From the NCBI GenBank assembly GCA_040220235.1, contig JAVJTO010000010.1: a stretch of 18,861 nt of DNA; one strand, 5' to 3'. The notes beneath the pieces are model-generated. The model was not told where the DNA came from. It saw only the letters and a program-made list of their open reading frames with translations, and searched no databases. Source of the DNA: Coleofasciculus sp. B1-GNL1-01 (GTDB lineage: Bacteria; Cyanobacteriota; Cyanobacteriia; Cyanobacteriales; Coleofasciculaceae). Each line of letters starts with the position of its first letter. The first letter of the stretch is position 1. Position numbers and translations under genes: made by a program. Of this stretch, positions 8,249 to 16,572 are shown piece after piece.

Positions 8249-9208
8249 TTAAATGGCGGGTGCGATCGCGCTAGTGGTTCCCTGGGTGTCAATCGAATGC
8301 GATCGCGCTATTGCAGAAATTCCCACCTCTTGCCAAGCCTCAGCCATAGCGGTGACTACGGCTTCAGCTTGCATCGGATCGACAAGCGCCAACAAAGTGG
8401 GACCAGCGCCACTAATCGTCACTCCATAGGCACCTGCTTTTAAGGCGGCGGTTTGTACCGCTTCATACCCCGGAATCAAAGCCTGTCGGTAGGGTTGATG
8501 TAACGTATCCTGGAGGGCAGTTTGTAACCAATCACCTCGTCCCGTTGCTAAGGCGCGTACCAATAAGCCGAAATGGGCAATATTAAAAATAGCATCCGCC
8601 CGACTCACTTGGGTGGGGATTACCTGTCGCGCCTCTTGGGTGGAGAGTTCAAAATTGGGAATGGCGACAACCGGGACAATTTGATCATGCCAAGGAATAT
8701 CACAAATCTCCCATTCCTTGAGAACCGCATCCCCCCGCGCCGCCAGACGACAGCCGCCCAACAAAGCGGGGACAACATTATCTGGATGTCCTTCCAGCGC
8801 GATCGCTAATTGCATGACTTCGGTTTGACTCAGGGGTTCCCCAGCGAGTTGGTTAGCGCCAACTAATCCACCGACAATCGCCGTGGCGGAACTTCCTAAC
8901 CCTCTGGCTAGGGGAACATCTAAATCAATTTTGAGTTGGACGGGGGGAGGTGTATGACCAATCTGGTTGTATAGTTTCAGAAAGGCTTGGTAAGCCAGAT
9001 TCGTTTCATCAGTTTTTACCTGGTTTGCCTCGACACCCGACACCCGAATTCTCACCGCCCGTTCTGTTTCCCAGGGAGTATCCGAACTCAGACGAGTAAA
9101 CGTGAACGTGTTGTACAGGGTTAAGGCAGCGCCAATGCAATCAAATCCGGGTCCTAAGTTGGCGGTTGTCGCGGGAACAGTAACGGTGACGGGAGAATGG
9201 ATAGACAT
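8249..9208 (-). CDS. thrB: Homoserine kinase
   Basis: [23 protein letters not shown] (GHMP kinase motif), EGHPDNV and ISGAGPT. Confidence 0.98.
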   Translation of the reverse strand: MSIHSPVTVTVPATTANLGPGFDCIGAALTLYNTFTFTRLSSDTPWETERAVRIRVSGVEANQVKTDETNLAYQAFLKLYNQIGHTPPPVQLKIDLDVPLARGLGSSATAIVGGLVGANQLAGEPLSQTEVMQLAIALEGHPDNVVPALLGGCRLAARGDAVLKEWEICDIPWHDQIVPVVAIPNFELSTQEARQVIPTQVSRADAIFNIAHFGLLVRALATGRGDWLQTALQDTLHQPYRQALIPGYEAVQTAALKAGAYGVTISGAGPTLLALVDPMQAEAVVTAMAEAWQEVGISAIARSHSIDTQGTTSAIAPAI

Positions 9209-9310
9209 TCGTGCGGGATTAGATTAAAAGATGCCAAGGGGCAATCTTACCAGATTTCCTGTATCAATGTAGAGACGACTCATGCTACATCTGTCCGTCT
9301 GTCAATGGTG

Positions 9311-9536
9311 GTAGGGGTGAGTTTAGTCACAATTGTAGGGGCGGGTTTAGTCACAATTGTAGGGGCGAGTTTAGTCACAATTGTAGGGGCGAGTTTAGTC
9401 ACAATTGTAGGGGCGGGTTTAGGAACTAAAGTCAGATCCTCAGAACTAACGGAACAACAAAACCCGCCCTCCCCACCGATAACCGAACAACAAAACCAGA
9501 CCTCCCCACCGATAACCGAACAACAAAACCCGTCCT
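9311..9536 (+). repeat. REP-like copy B (9407-9470) with tandemly amplified arms: about 4.7 x 24 bp and about 2.7 x 33 bp
   Basis: GTAGGGGCG(G/A)GTTTAGTCACAATT-type units start at 9311, 9335, 9359, 9383 and 9407. TAAC(C/G)GAACAACAAAACCCGCCCTCCCCACCGA-type units start at 9447, 9480 and 9513. Confidence 0.95.
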
Positions 9537-9566
9537 TATGGATACGCTGATTCAGCTTTCCCCTAA

Positions 9567-10304
9567 TTAACGACGATTGATCAGAACAAAACCTCTAGTT
9601 TTTTCTGAGGTAGAATCCACCGTCGCCATGGCTTGCCAAAGGTCTTCCGCCTCAACCCAAATGGGTGGATACTTGTAGCGGGATACATCTAAAATTAGAA
9701 AGCGATCGCTCTGTTGATTATATGCCGCGATCGGGGAAATATGTCCGCCCCGTTCCTGACCCATGGTTTTGCGTAAGTAGTTGACTAAGACGAAGTTATT
9801 GGGGTCTTCTAAATTCTCGACCACCATCTGACGGAATTTGTCTAGAGTTACTTCACTGGCGTGGTAAACTTCGGCGTTGAGGGGATAGGTTTCTAAGAGT
9901 TGACCTAATTGGTCTAAGGTCATCCCTTGACGGGCAATGACCGCAGCAGGGAGAATTTTTTCAGTTTGTTCATTTAAAACATTTTCTTGGGTAAAAATGT
10001 GATAGTCCCCAAAGTTAGTGGTTGGCGGTGCAGGGATAGAAAGGGCGTTGAGTACCATCACTATACTGGCGACGCCACAATAGGCTAAATTTTCCTGGGT
10101 TTCAAAATGGATACTTAAGGGGAAATAGTCCCGACGAGCATTACTTTCAACGAGTAGGGTTTCTCCATCCTGAGAGTTGAGGTTAATTAAATCTTGGGAT
10201 AGGGGCAATGTTTGGGGGAGGAGTTTACCTGTAGCAAAGGAAAACCCGATAATTCCGGCACCTAGAGGAATGCGAAGTGCTTTGAGAAACTTCAGTCGAT
10301 GCAT
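9567..10304 (-). CDS. Phytochelatin synthase family protein (prokaryotic type, likely exported)
   Basis: Catalytic triad contexts QENLAYCGVAS (Cys), GGHISP (His) and ILDVSRYKYPP (Asp); basic-hydrophobic N-terminus. Confidence 0.93.
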   Translation of the reverse strand: MHRLKFLKALRIPLGAGIIGFSFATGKLLPQTLPLSQDLINLNSQDGETLLVESNARRDYFPLSIHFETQENLAYCGVASIVMVLNALSIPAPPTTNFGDYHIFTQENVLNEQTEKILPAAVIARQGMTLDQLGQLLETYPLNAEVYHASEVTLDKFRQMVVENLEDPNNFVLVNYLRKTMGQERGGHISPIAAYNQQSDRFLILDVSRYKYPPIWVEAEDLWQAMATVDSTSEKTRGFVLINRR

Positions 10305-10440
10305 ATTGAGCTGGAGTTGTCGAATATTGCTAATATGCTGATATTAATCTGCTTTGTTGACAGATGGCTAATTCTACTAGCAGACATTAAGACCAACAGT
10401 TAAAGTTCGTACTTGCTCAAGGCTTTATCTGACACGAATC

Positions 10441-10465
10441 AGGGCGCACGTCGGTGCGCCCCTAC
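10441..10465 (-). repeat. Short GTAG-hairpin REP-like repeat
   Basis: Minus strand reads GTAGGGGCGCAC-CGAC-GTGCGCCCT. Confidence 0.75.
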
Positions 10466-10487
10466 GGGTTTTCGGGTTACTTTTTAT

Positions 10488-10901
10488 CTATTGGGCTTGA
10501 TTGGGACGTCCCATTCCTCTTCGACCCCGACGATTTCCCCGCATTTGACGTATTTGTTCTTGTTGTTCCTCGGTTAGAACATCTCGCATCTGTTCCCGTG
10601 CGGATTGGTGAATTTCCCGCATCTGATCCCGTTGTGCTTCGGTCAGATTTAGCGCCCGCATCCCTTCCCGGTGTCGCTGGCGTTGTTCCCGCAATTCTTG
10701 GAACTGTTCCCGTTGTTCGGGGGTGAGAATTTGTTCGATTTGCGAGTGTTTGTTTTCCCGGATTTGCTCTAACTGCGTTTGTTGGTCGGTTGTTAGGTTC
10801 AGTTCCTCTGCGAATCGGGGTTGGGAAAATGCTGCCATGGGTGCAGCCGCGAGAGTAATTGCAGCGATGGTGGCGAAGAGAGGAAAGACTTTGATGTTCA
10901 T
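10488..10901 (-). CDS. Spy/CpxP family periplasmic chaperone
   Basis: Signal peptide followed by LTXXQ motifs (LTTDQ, LTPEQ, LTEAQ, LTEEQ). Confidence 0.92.
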   Translation of the reverse strand: MNIKVFPLFATIAAITLAAAPMAAFSQPRFAEELNLTTDQQTQLEQIRENKHSQIEQILTPEQREQFQELREQRQRHREGMRALNLTEAQRDQMREIHQSAREQMRDVLTEEQQEQIRQMRGNRRGRRGMGRPNQAQ

Positions 10902-10940
10902 GATGTTACAGTTGTCAACAATTTGCCGTTTGATGTCTTT

Positions 10941-11008
10941 ATCCTAGAAACTGTAGAGGTTAATCGACTTGAGGCAAACGTCCTGATTTGAGGTGGGACT
11001 TTAGTCCT
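10941..11008 (-). promoter_or_regulatory. Putative spy promoter with tandem NarL/LuxR-type sites
   Basis: -10-like TAGGAT (10941-10946, minus strand). 14-mers GAGGCAAACGTCCT (10971-10984) and GGGACTTTAGTCCT (10995-11008, containing the GGACT-TT-AGTCC palindrome) are 24 bp apart. Confidence 0.5.
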
Positions 11009-11037
11009 AGTATGTCAGGTGTGGAGGAGATGGGGGA

Positions 11038-11073
11038 GTTATCAGTTATCAGTGAGCAGTTATCAGTTATCAG
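11038..11073. repeat. STRR heptamer tract (GTTATCA)n
   Basis: gttatca gttatca gtgagca gttatca gttatca g. Confidence 0.85.
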
Positions 11074-11135
11074 GAGCAGGGGAAACAGAGGAAGATGAGG
11101 CAGATGGGGAATATAGAGGAGCAGAGGGAGATTGT

Positions 11136-11195
11136 GTAGGGGCGGGTTTCACTACTATCTTTTTGGTTACACCGAAATGTAACTAAACCCGCCCC
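11136..11195 (+). repeat. GTAG REP-like element, copy C
   Basis: GTAGGGGCGGGTTT-N35-AAACCCGCCCC. Confidence 0.88.
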
Positions 11196-11233
11196 GACTT
11201 TACGAACGAAAAAGGACTAATGACAAAGGACTA

Positions 11234-12415
11234 ATGACCAAACACCCAATTCCTTTCCTTTTATATCTAGAATGGATTCTCCTGGGAATCATCGCTATCA
11301 TTGAATTCCTGCGATTTCCTTTTCCTCTCCTCCCTCGCTTCCCTTTCCTGAATTTGTTGGGTTTAGCTGTCTTTGGTGTGATGGGGTTAAGATTACCGAC
11401 CCAGAAATCAGTTAAGGTGATTTATACTGGCGTGGAAATTTGCGTAATTCTCCTCGTCTCCCTGGTGGGCAAACTTCGCATGTTACCCTTGATGTTAATT
11501 ATTTTAGTTATCCGCAATTGTTTTATCTTTGAACGGCAAAGTCGCTTAATTATTACCGGATTCGCGTTTGTCTTATTTCTGATGCGAGAAGTTGACCGAT
11601 TTCAGTCTCGCAGCCTTCGCCTTCGCCCTCCCTTTCGCCCCCCAGTTTTGGCGATGCCAGAACGCTGGCTATTTATCCTGTTAAGTTCTATAGTAGTCTT
11701 TGGCTTAGTTTTAGTCTTTTTACAGTTATTAGTTGATGCGGTATTAGCCGAACGGCGCAGCCGGGACGAATTAGCACAGGCAAATGCACAACTGCGACGC
11801 TATGCTACCCGGATTGAGGATATGGCGACGCTGCAAGAACGGAATCGGATTGCTAGAGAAATCCATGATTCCTTGGGACATTCTCTGATTACGTTTAATC
11901 TGCACTTAGAAGCCGCGTTGCGGCTTTTGGAGTCGAATCCCACCGAAGCCAAAGATTTTTTACTCGAAGTCAAACAAGTCGCCGCGACTGCGCTGCAAGA
12001 CGTGCGTCAATCCGTGGCAACTCTGCGGTCTAACCCGTTACAAGGGCAATCTCTAGAGGATGCGATCGCCTCTTTAATCCAAGAATTTCACAAGTCTACA
12101 GGTATCTTACCCGATTGTCAGATCAATTTGTCCCATCCGGTGACGCCTGATGTGAAAATGACGAGTTATCGGATTATCCAAGAATCCCTCACCAATATCT
12201 ATAAACACGCCAAAGCCACGGAGGTGAGTATCCAGATTTGGACAGATTCCCAGTTCCATCTGATCATTCAGGATAATGGCAGAGGATTCGATGTGACGCA
12301 GAATACCACGGGTTTTGGACTCCAAGGGATGCGGGAACGTACTCAAGCGTTAGGGGGTCGTTTTACAATTAACACAGCACCCGGACAAGGGTGTCAAGTT
12401 ATTGTTGAGTGGTGA
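11234..12415 (+). CDS. Membrane sensor histidine kinase (HisKA_3, NarX/DesK/LiaS-like)
   Basis: Multi-TM N-terminus; H box ERNRIAREIHDSLGH; N box QESLTNIYKHA; DNGRGF; GFGLQGMRER. Confidence 0.96.
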   Translation: MTKHPIPFLLYLEWILLGIIAIIEFLRFPFPLLPRFPFLNLLGLAVFGVMGLRLPTQKSVKVIYTGVEICVILLVSLVGKLRMLPLMLIILVIRNCFIFERQSRLIITGFAFVLFLMREVDRFQSRSLRLRPPFRPPVLAMPERWLFILLSSIVVFGLVLVFLQLLVDAVLAERRSRDELAQANAQLRRYATRIEDMATLQERNRIAREIHDSLGHSLITFNLHLEAALRLLESNPTEAKDFLLEVKQVAATALQDVRQSVATLRSNPLQGQSLEDAIASLIQEFHKSTGILPDCQINLSHPVTPDVKMTSYRIIQESLTNIYKHAKATEVSIQIWTDSQFHLIIQDNGRGFDVTQNTTGFGLQGMRERTQALGGRFTINTAPGQGCQVIVEW

Positions 12416-12447
12416 CTTGTCTTATGTCATTCGTCATTCGTCATAAG

Positions 12448-12575
12448 TAAGCTGTTCGGCATTTAAACCATAATGTCAAGAATTGCGAGATCCTTGTAGT
12501 GCGTTAAGCGAAGCCATGCCGCAGGCTTTGCATCTTGCTCGCTACTAATACCCAATTTAAATGCATTTCAGCTTA
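12448..12575. mobile_element. MITE-like element with imperfect terminal inverted repeats, carrying nested repeats
   Basis: Left end TAAGCTGttcgGCATTTAAA versus right end reverse complement TAAGCTGaaatGCATTTAAA (16/20 identical); TA at both termini. Confidence 0.75.
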
Positions 12576-12584
12576 GTGGAGTGT

Positions 12585-12649
12585 GTAGGGGCGGGTTTAG
12601 GAACTTTCTGCTTGGCTATAGATGGTAAATTTTGTACAAAACCCGCCCT
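12585..12649 (+). repeat. GTAG REP-like element, copy D
   Basis: GTAGGGGCGGGTTT-N39-AAAACCCGCCCT. Confidence 0.88.
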
Positions 12650-12680
12650 AATTTAGGATTGAGTGTGGAGTGGAGTTTTT

Positions 12681-13319
12681 ATGATTAAAATCCTATTAGT
12701 TGATGACCAAAGTCTAGTCCGACGCGGGTTAAAAGCCTTATTACAATTTGAAGATGATTTCGAGGTTATCGGAGAAGCGGATAATGGAGAAACGGCGATC
12801 GCGCAACTGGAAACCTTACACCCTGATATTATCCTCATGGATGTGCGTATGCCGATTATGGATGGTGTCGCTGCTACCCGCGAAATCCATCAACGGTTTC
12901 CCCACATCAAACTATTGGTTTTAACCACATTCGATGATGATGAGTATATTACCCAAGCCCTGCATTATGGTGCATCGGGCTATTTACTCAAAGATACACC
13001 CCCCGACGAATTAGCCCAAGCGATTCGGGCGGTGCATAAGGGGTATACTCAATTGGGACCAGGAATTGGTCAAAAGATTATGACGCAAATCCCTGCTTCT
13101 GTCTCCAATTCCTCCACCGCTTGGGATGAACTCACCCCCAGAGAACAGGAAATCCTCCGCTTAATCGCCACGGGTGCGAATAATCGAGAAATTGCCCAAA
13201 CTCTGTATATTTCCCAGAAGACCGTGAAAAATCATATTACCAATATCTTAAGCCGATTGAACCTACGCGATCGCACTCAAGCGGCAATCTGGGCAAACTC
13301 TCATTCAATCCACGGCTAG
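12681..13319 (+). CDS. NarL/LuxR family response regulator
   Basis: REC domain motifs LLVDD, ILMDVRMP, LTTFD and GYLLK; LuxR HTH LTPREQEIL...TVKNHITNILSRL. ATG at 12681 follows GGAG. Confidence 0.97.
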   Translation: MIKILLVDDQSLVRRGLKALLQFEDDFEVIGEADNGETAIAQLETLHPDIILMDVRMPIMDGVAATREIHQRFPHIKLLVLTTFDDDEYITQALHYGASGYLLKDTPPDELAQAIRAVHKGYTQLGPGIGQKIMTQIPASVSNSSTAWDELTPREQEILRLIATGANNREIAQTLYISQKTVKNHITNILSRLNLRDRTQAAIWANSHSIHG

Positions 13320-13781
13320 GAGTTCCACAGACTCAGCCAAAATTATAGGTTTATTTTCGTATTCCGCTTCTAGGCTTTGTTCCACATCTAAATCCCAGGT
13401 TAAATCATAATCCTTCTCCAACTCCTCCTTACTAACAAACCGACCCACTTCCCCTGTAACTCTCACCCAGTTGTCCTCTATAATCGGCGTATCGGGATTA
13501 GCATTCATCACCAGGACTTGTTTGTCTAACAGGGGTTCTTCCTGTACCAGCTTAAATGTACTCGAATCGATAACCTCGTCCACCTTACCATCCACGGTAA
13601 TCATCTCACCCGTCAACTCCTCCCTATTCTCAGAGACATCGCCTAAGGTAGAAGCATTGTCTATGGCTGTCTCACCTACTGTCTCCTCTGGCGGTATAGC
13701 CACTTCCTCTTCATGGAAAATACTACAAGCAGACAAAAGTACCATCACCAGCCCCAAACCCATCATTTTCCGAAGTACCAT
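13305..13781 (-). CDS. Acidic lipoprotein of unknown function (possible OB-fold)
   Basis: Lipobox LSAC after a hydrophobic stretch; GGAGG RBS; ITVDGKV...VRVTGEV beta-strand pattern. Overlaps the regulator 3' end convergently by 15 bp. Confidence 0.8.
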   Translation of the reverse strand: MVLRKMMGLGLVMVLLSACSIFHEEEVAIPPEETVGETAIDNASTLGDVSENREELTGEMITVDGKVDEVIDSSTFKLVQEEPLLDKQVLVMNANPDTPIIEDNWVRVTGEVGRFVSKEELEKDYDLTWDLDVEQSLEAEYENKPIILAESVELLAVD

Positions 13782-14020
13782 TGAGAACCCTCCTAACTGC
13801 GGTTATGCTTTACACTAAACAGAATAGACGTGCGATCGCGTCTGGCTAGAGTCTAACTCCCACATCCTTCCCTAGAGAGAAATTTACCCGATTACTCATT
13901 GCCTTAACTCGAATGACACACTCCTTAATCTGAGTTCGTAGTTGCGCTTTAGCGCCATAAACGCATGTCTATCACCCGTCACGGCGGTTAGGACACCAAT
14001 TTTAATCATCATCTAAAACC

Positions 14021-14395
14021 ATGTCTCACTTCACCACCATCAACATTCAGATCAAAGACGGCGAAATTCTGCATCAAACATTGCAGGAGTTGGGGTATCA
14101 AGTCGAATGCAATACCTCGGTACGCGGCTATCACGGAAATACTACCGAAGCCGAATACGTGATTCGCCAGTCTAATGGTTACGATTTAGGATTCCGTCAA
14201 AATGGCGAGGCGTATGAACTCGTGGCAGATTTCTGGGGGGCGAGAATTAATCAAACAGAATTCGTCAATTCCGTGAATCAAAAATACGCCCATAAAATGT
14301 TAATGCATTCCGTGCAAAAACAAGGATTTAATGTCGAAGAAGAAGACGTATTAGAAGACGGTACAGTGCGGGTAGTTGTGGGACGCTGGCAATAA
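14021..14395 (+). CDS. DUF1257 / Ycf35-like protein
   Basis: MSHFTTI...L.ELGY...VRGY...YDLGF...YELVADFW...QKYA pattern. Confidence 0.9.
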   Translation: MSHFTTINIQIKDGEILHQTLQELGYQVECNTSVRGYHGNTTEAEYVIRQSNGYDLGFRQNGEAYELVADFWGARINQTEFVNSVNQKYAHKMLMHSVQKQGFNVEEEDVLEDGTVRVVVGRWQ

Positions 14396-14423
14396 AAACG
14401 TCCCCCCATTCCCCATTCATATT

Positions 14424-14482
14424 GTCAAGGCGGGTTGAGTCACTCAGTTGGTCTCCAATGATGCATCAACAAAACCCGCCCT
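14424..14482 (+). repeat. Degenerate GTAG REP-like element, copy E
   Basis: GTCAAGGCGGGTTG...CAACAAAACCCGCCCT. Confidence 0.75.
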
Positions 14483-14598
14483 TTGCAAGAATAGTAACGT
14501 GGCATCTCTCAATTGAAGTTCGTAGTAAGGGCTTGACGCTTAAATTTTGTTGGGTTTACTGCATCCACCTAACCTACAGGTTTTCAGGGTTAATTCAA

Positions 14599-15201
14599 AT
14601 GTCATATAGTGACTTTACGTTAGCCAAAGTTAAAAAAGACTTTGACTTAATTACTGTAGAAGAAATGAATACGTTTAGTCAGGTTGCTGAGTTTGCACCC
14701 AGTTCCTTCCTGACAGATACTTTACACTATAATATTCCCTTAGCCTTAGCCAGCAATAGTGAAAAAGCTCGATCTGAAATGATTATTGCCCCAATTTTAA
14801 TTGATATCAGAAGACAATTACACGAACAGATAAACTTATTTTCAGGAATTGAATTTAATCTTGATAAAGAACGCGGATTGAATGGAGTTTGCGATTTTCT
14901 GATTAGCCAGTCTCCGGAACAGTTATTTGTCAATGCGCCAGTAATTACGCTGGTAGAAGCAAAGAAAGAAAATCTGATTGGGGGATTGGGACAGTGTGTA
15001 GCAGAAATGGTAGCGGCTCAGATTTTCAATGACCGCGAAGGAAATGGGATATCCGAAATTTATGGCGCAGTCACGTCAGGAACCAACTGGAAGTTTTTGC
15101 GCCTTAAAGGAAACGTTATCGAAATTGATTTAAATGAGTATTATCTGAATGATATCGATAAAATTTTAGGAATTTTGGCAAATGCTGTTCAAGACCATTA
15201 A
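14599..15201 (+). CDS. PD-(D/E)XK nuclease-like protein (HsdR N-terminal-like cyanobacterial family), 200 aa
   Basis: SEKARSEMIIAPIL, GVCDFLI...LVEAKK, GLGQCVAEM and YGAVTSGTNWKF. The longer upstream in-frame extension runs through repeat DNA. Confidence 0.8.
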   Translation: MSYSDFTLAKVKKDFDLITVEEMNTFSQVAEFAPSSFLTDTLHYNIPLALASNSEKARSEMIIAPILIDIRRQLHEQINLFSGIEFNLDKERGLNGVCDFLISQSPEQLFVNAPVITLVEAKKENLIGGLGQCVAEMVAAQIFNDREGNGISEIYGAVTSGTNWKFLRLKGNVIEIDLNEYYLNDIDKILGILANAVQDH

Positions 15202-15226
15202 TAATTATATTGATAATTATATTGAT

Positions 15227-16426
15227 CTAAGTTGCCTGATTATTCACACATCCCCAGATCTTAATCGTCTTATCCAAACTTCCACTGACTAAATATTGCC
15301 CATCCTGGCAAAACGCCAGACAGGTTACAGCCTCATTATGTCCCGTCAATGTCTGAATTTGTTTTCCCGTCGCTACATCCCAAAACTTGATCGCCCGATC
15401 ATTCCCCCCACTGATTAAAATTCGCCCATATCGACTAAACAGCAGACTATTCACCGCAAAATAATAGCCCTCCAACGTATGTTCAACCTGGTGAGTCGCT
15501 AGATTCCAGAGTTGGATTTGTCCTTGCCAATTGGTACTCGCTAATGTCAACCCATCAGGATTCATCGCCACTTGGTTAGCGTAACTTTTCAATGTCCGAG
15601 GACGATCTCTTGTCCGTAAATCCCACAGCTTAATCTTGCCATCCCGACTGCTACTCACTAAGGTATTACCATCCGCACTAAAGGCAAGACTCCAAATCTC
15701 ATCCGTATGCGCCCCTAGAGTTAATTGATTACTAAACGTACAAATCAGTTTACCCGTTTCGAGATGCCAAAGTTTAATTGTGGTATCCTGACTGCCACTA
15801 GCGAGAATTTGACCATCAGGACGAATCGCGATCGCCCGAATGATATCTTGATGTCCATAGAGACTGTGGCGAAGTTCTCCCTGATCCCAAATCTCGATCA
15901 CCTGACTTGCACCATTTCTAACTCGCACGACTGTTTTCACATCCTCTGTTAATGCCAAAAATTCTTTCGCTTTGGGATATTTGGGAATCTTGTAGAGGAC
16001 TTGTTCCGTCTGCCAATGGTACACTCGAATGGTTTTCCCGCGTAAATAGGCAATCCTTGTCCCATCGGGACTGATCGCAATAGATTGACCTAGCTTATAG
16101 GTGGCGATATCCTCAAACAGGTGATACGGGAGATACGCATTAACCGCCCGTTTCGCCTCTCGTTCAGTGCGATCGCGCAACAGTAAATAGGCAATTCGCT
16201 GCACTTGTTCTGATTCATCCTGCAAAGCGGGGATAATTACCCCTAAACCCGATTCTCCATACTTGCACGCCTCTTTAAGTGCAGCAATTCTCACCGTCTC
16301 ATCGTCACTTGCCAGACGCCGCTTAACCCCTGCAATCCCGCCTAAAATAACCGCACCCAGAGGGGCAGCATAAGACGAACCAAGAACAGCGTCATTGTTT
16401 CTGGGCTGATTAAAATGCTCCACCAT
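15227..16426 (-). CDS. WD40 repeat protein with an N-terminal DAVLG/LGGIAG HEAT-like module
   Basis: Repeats such as GHQDIIRAIAIRPDGQILASGSQDTTIKLW and GHNEAVTCLAFCQDGQYLVSGSLDKTIKIW. Confidence 0.93.
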   Translation of the reverse strand: MVEHFNQPRNNDAVLGSSYAAPLGAVILGGIAGVKRRLASDDETVRIAALKEACKYGESGLGVIIPALQDESEQVQRIAYLLLRDRTEREAKRAVNAYLPYHLFEDIATYKLGQSIAISPDGTRIAYLRGKTIRVYHWQTEQVLYKIPKYPKAKEFLALTEDVKTVVRVRNGASQVIEIWDQGELRHSLYGHQDIIRAIAIRPDGQILASGSQDTTIKLWHLETGKLICTFSNQLTLGAHTDEIWSLAFSADGNTLVSSSRDGKIKLWDLRTRDRPRTLKSYANQVAMNPDGLTLASTNWQGQIQLWNLATHQVEHTLEGYYFAVNSLLFSRYGRILISGGNDRAIKFWDVATGKQIQTLTGHNEAVTCLAFCQDGQYLVSGSLDKTIKIWGCVNNQAT

Positions 16427-16496
16427 AATCGTTTATGATATCGTTTCCCCTTATTTCTCCAATTCTATAAAAACTTACCCCAAATCCTGCTAAATT

Positions 16497-16536
16497 CTCT
16501 GCGTCCCTCTGCGAAAACCTCTGCGTTCCTCTGCGT
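16497..16536. repeat. CTCTGCG short tandem repeat (4 copies)
   Basis: ctctgcgtcc ctctgcgaaaac ctctgcgttc ctctgcg. Confidence 0.8.
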
Positions 16537-16572
16537 TAAAAAAACATCAGATTAGATATCACAAACTACTAA

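Noticed and set aside
9311..9536. CRISPR array
   Set aside because: The units are head-to-tail with no unique spacers, derive from REP arms, and there are no cas genes in the window.
9197..9550. 117-aa ORF with VTIVGA(S/G)L and TEQQN repeats
   Set aside because: It stays open because the 24- and 33-bp repeat units are multiples of 3 without stops. It overlaps the thrB start on the opposite strand and has no independent coding evidence.
14422..14598. 59-aa N-terminal extension of the PD-(D/E)XK-like gene
   Set aside because: It consists of REP-like repeat DNA; the family-like sequence starts at MSYSDF (14599).
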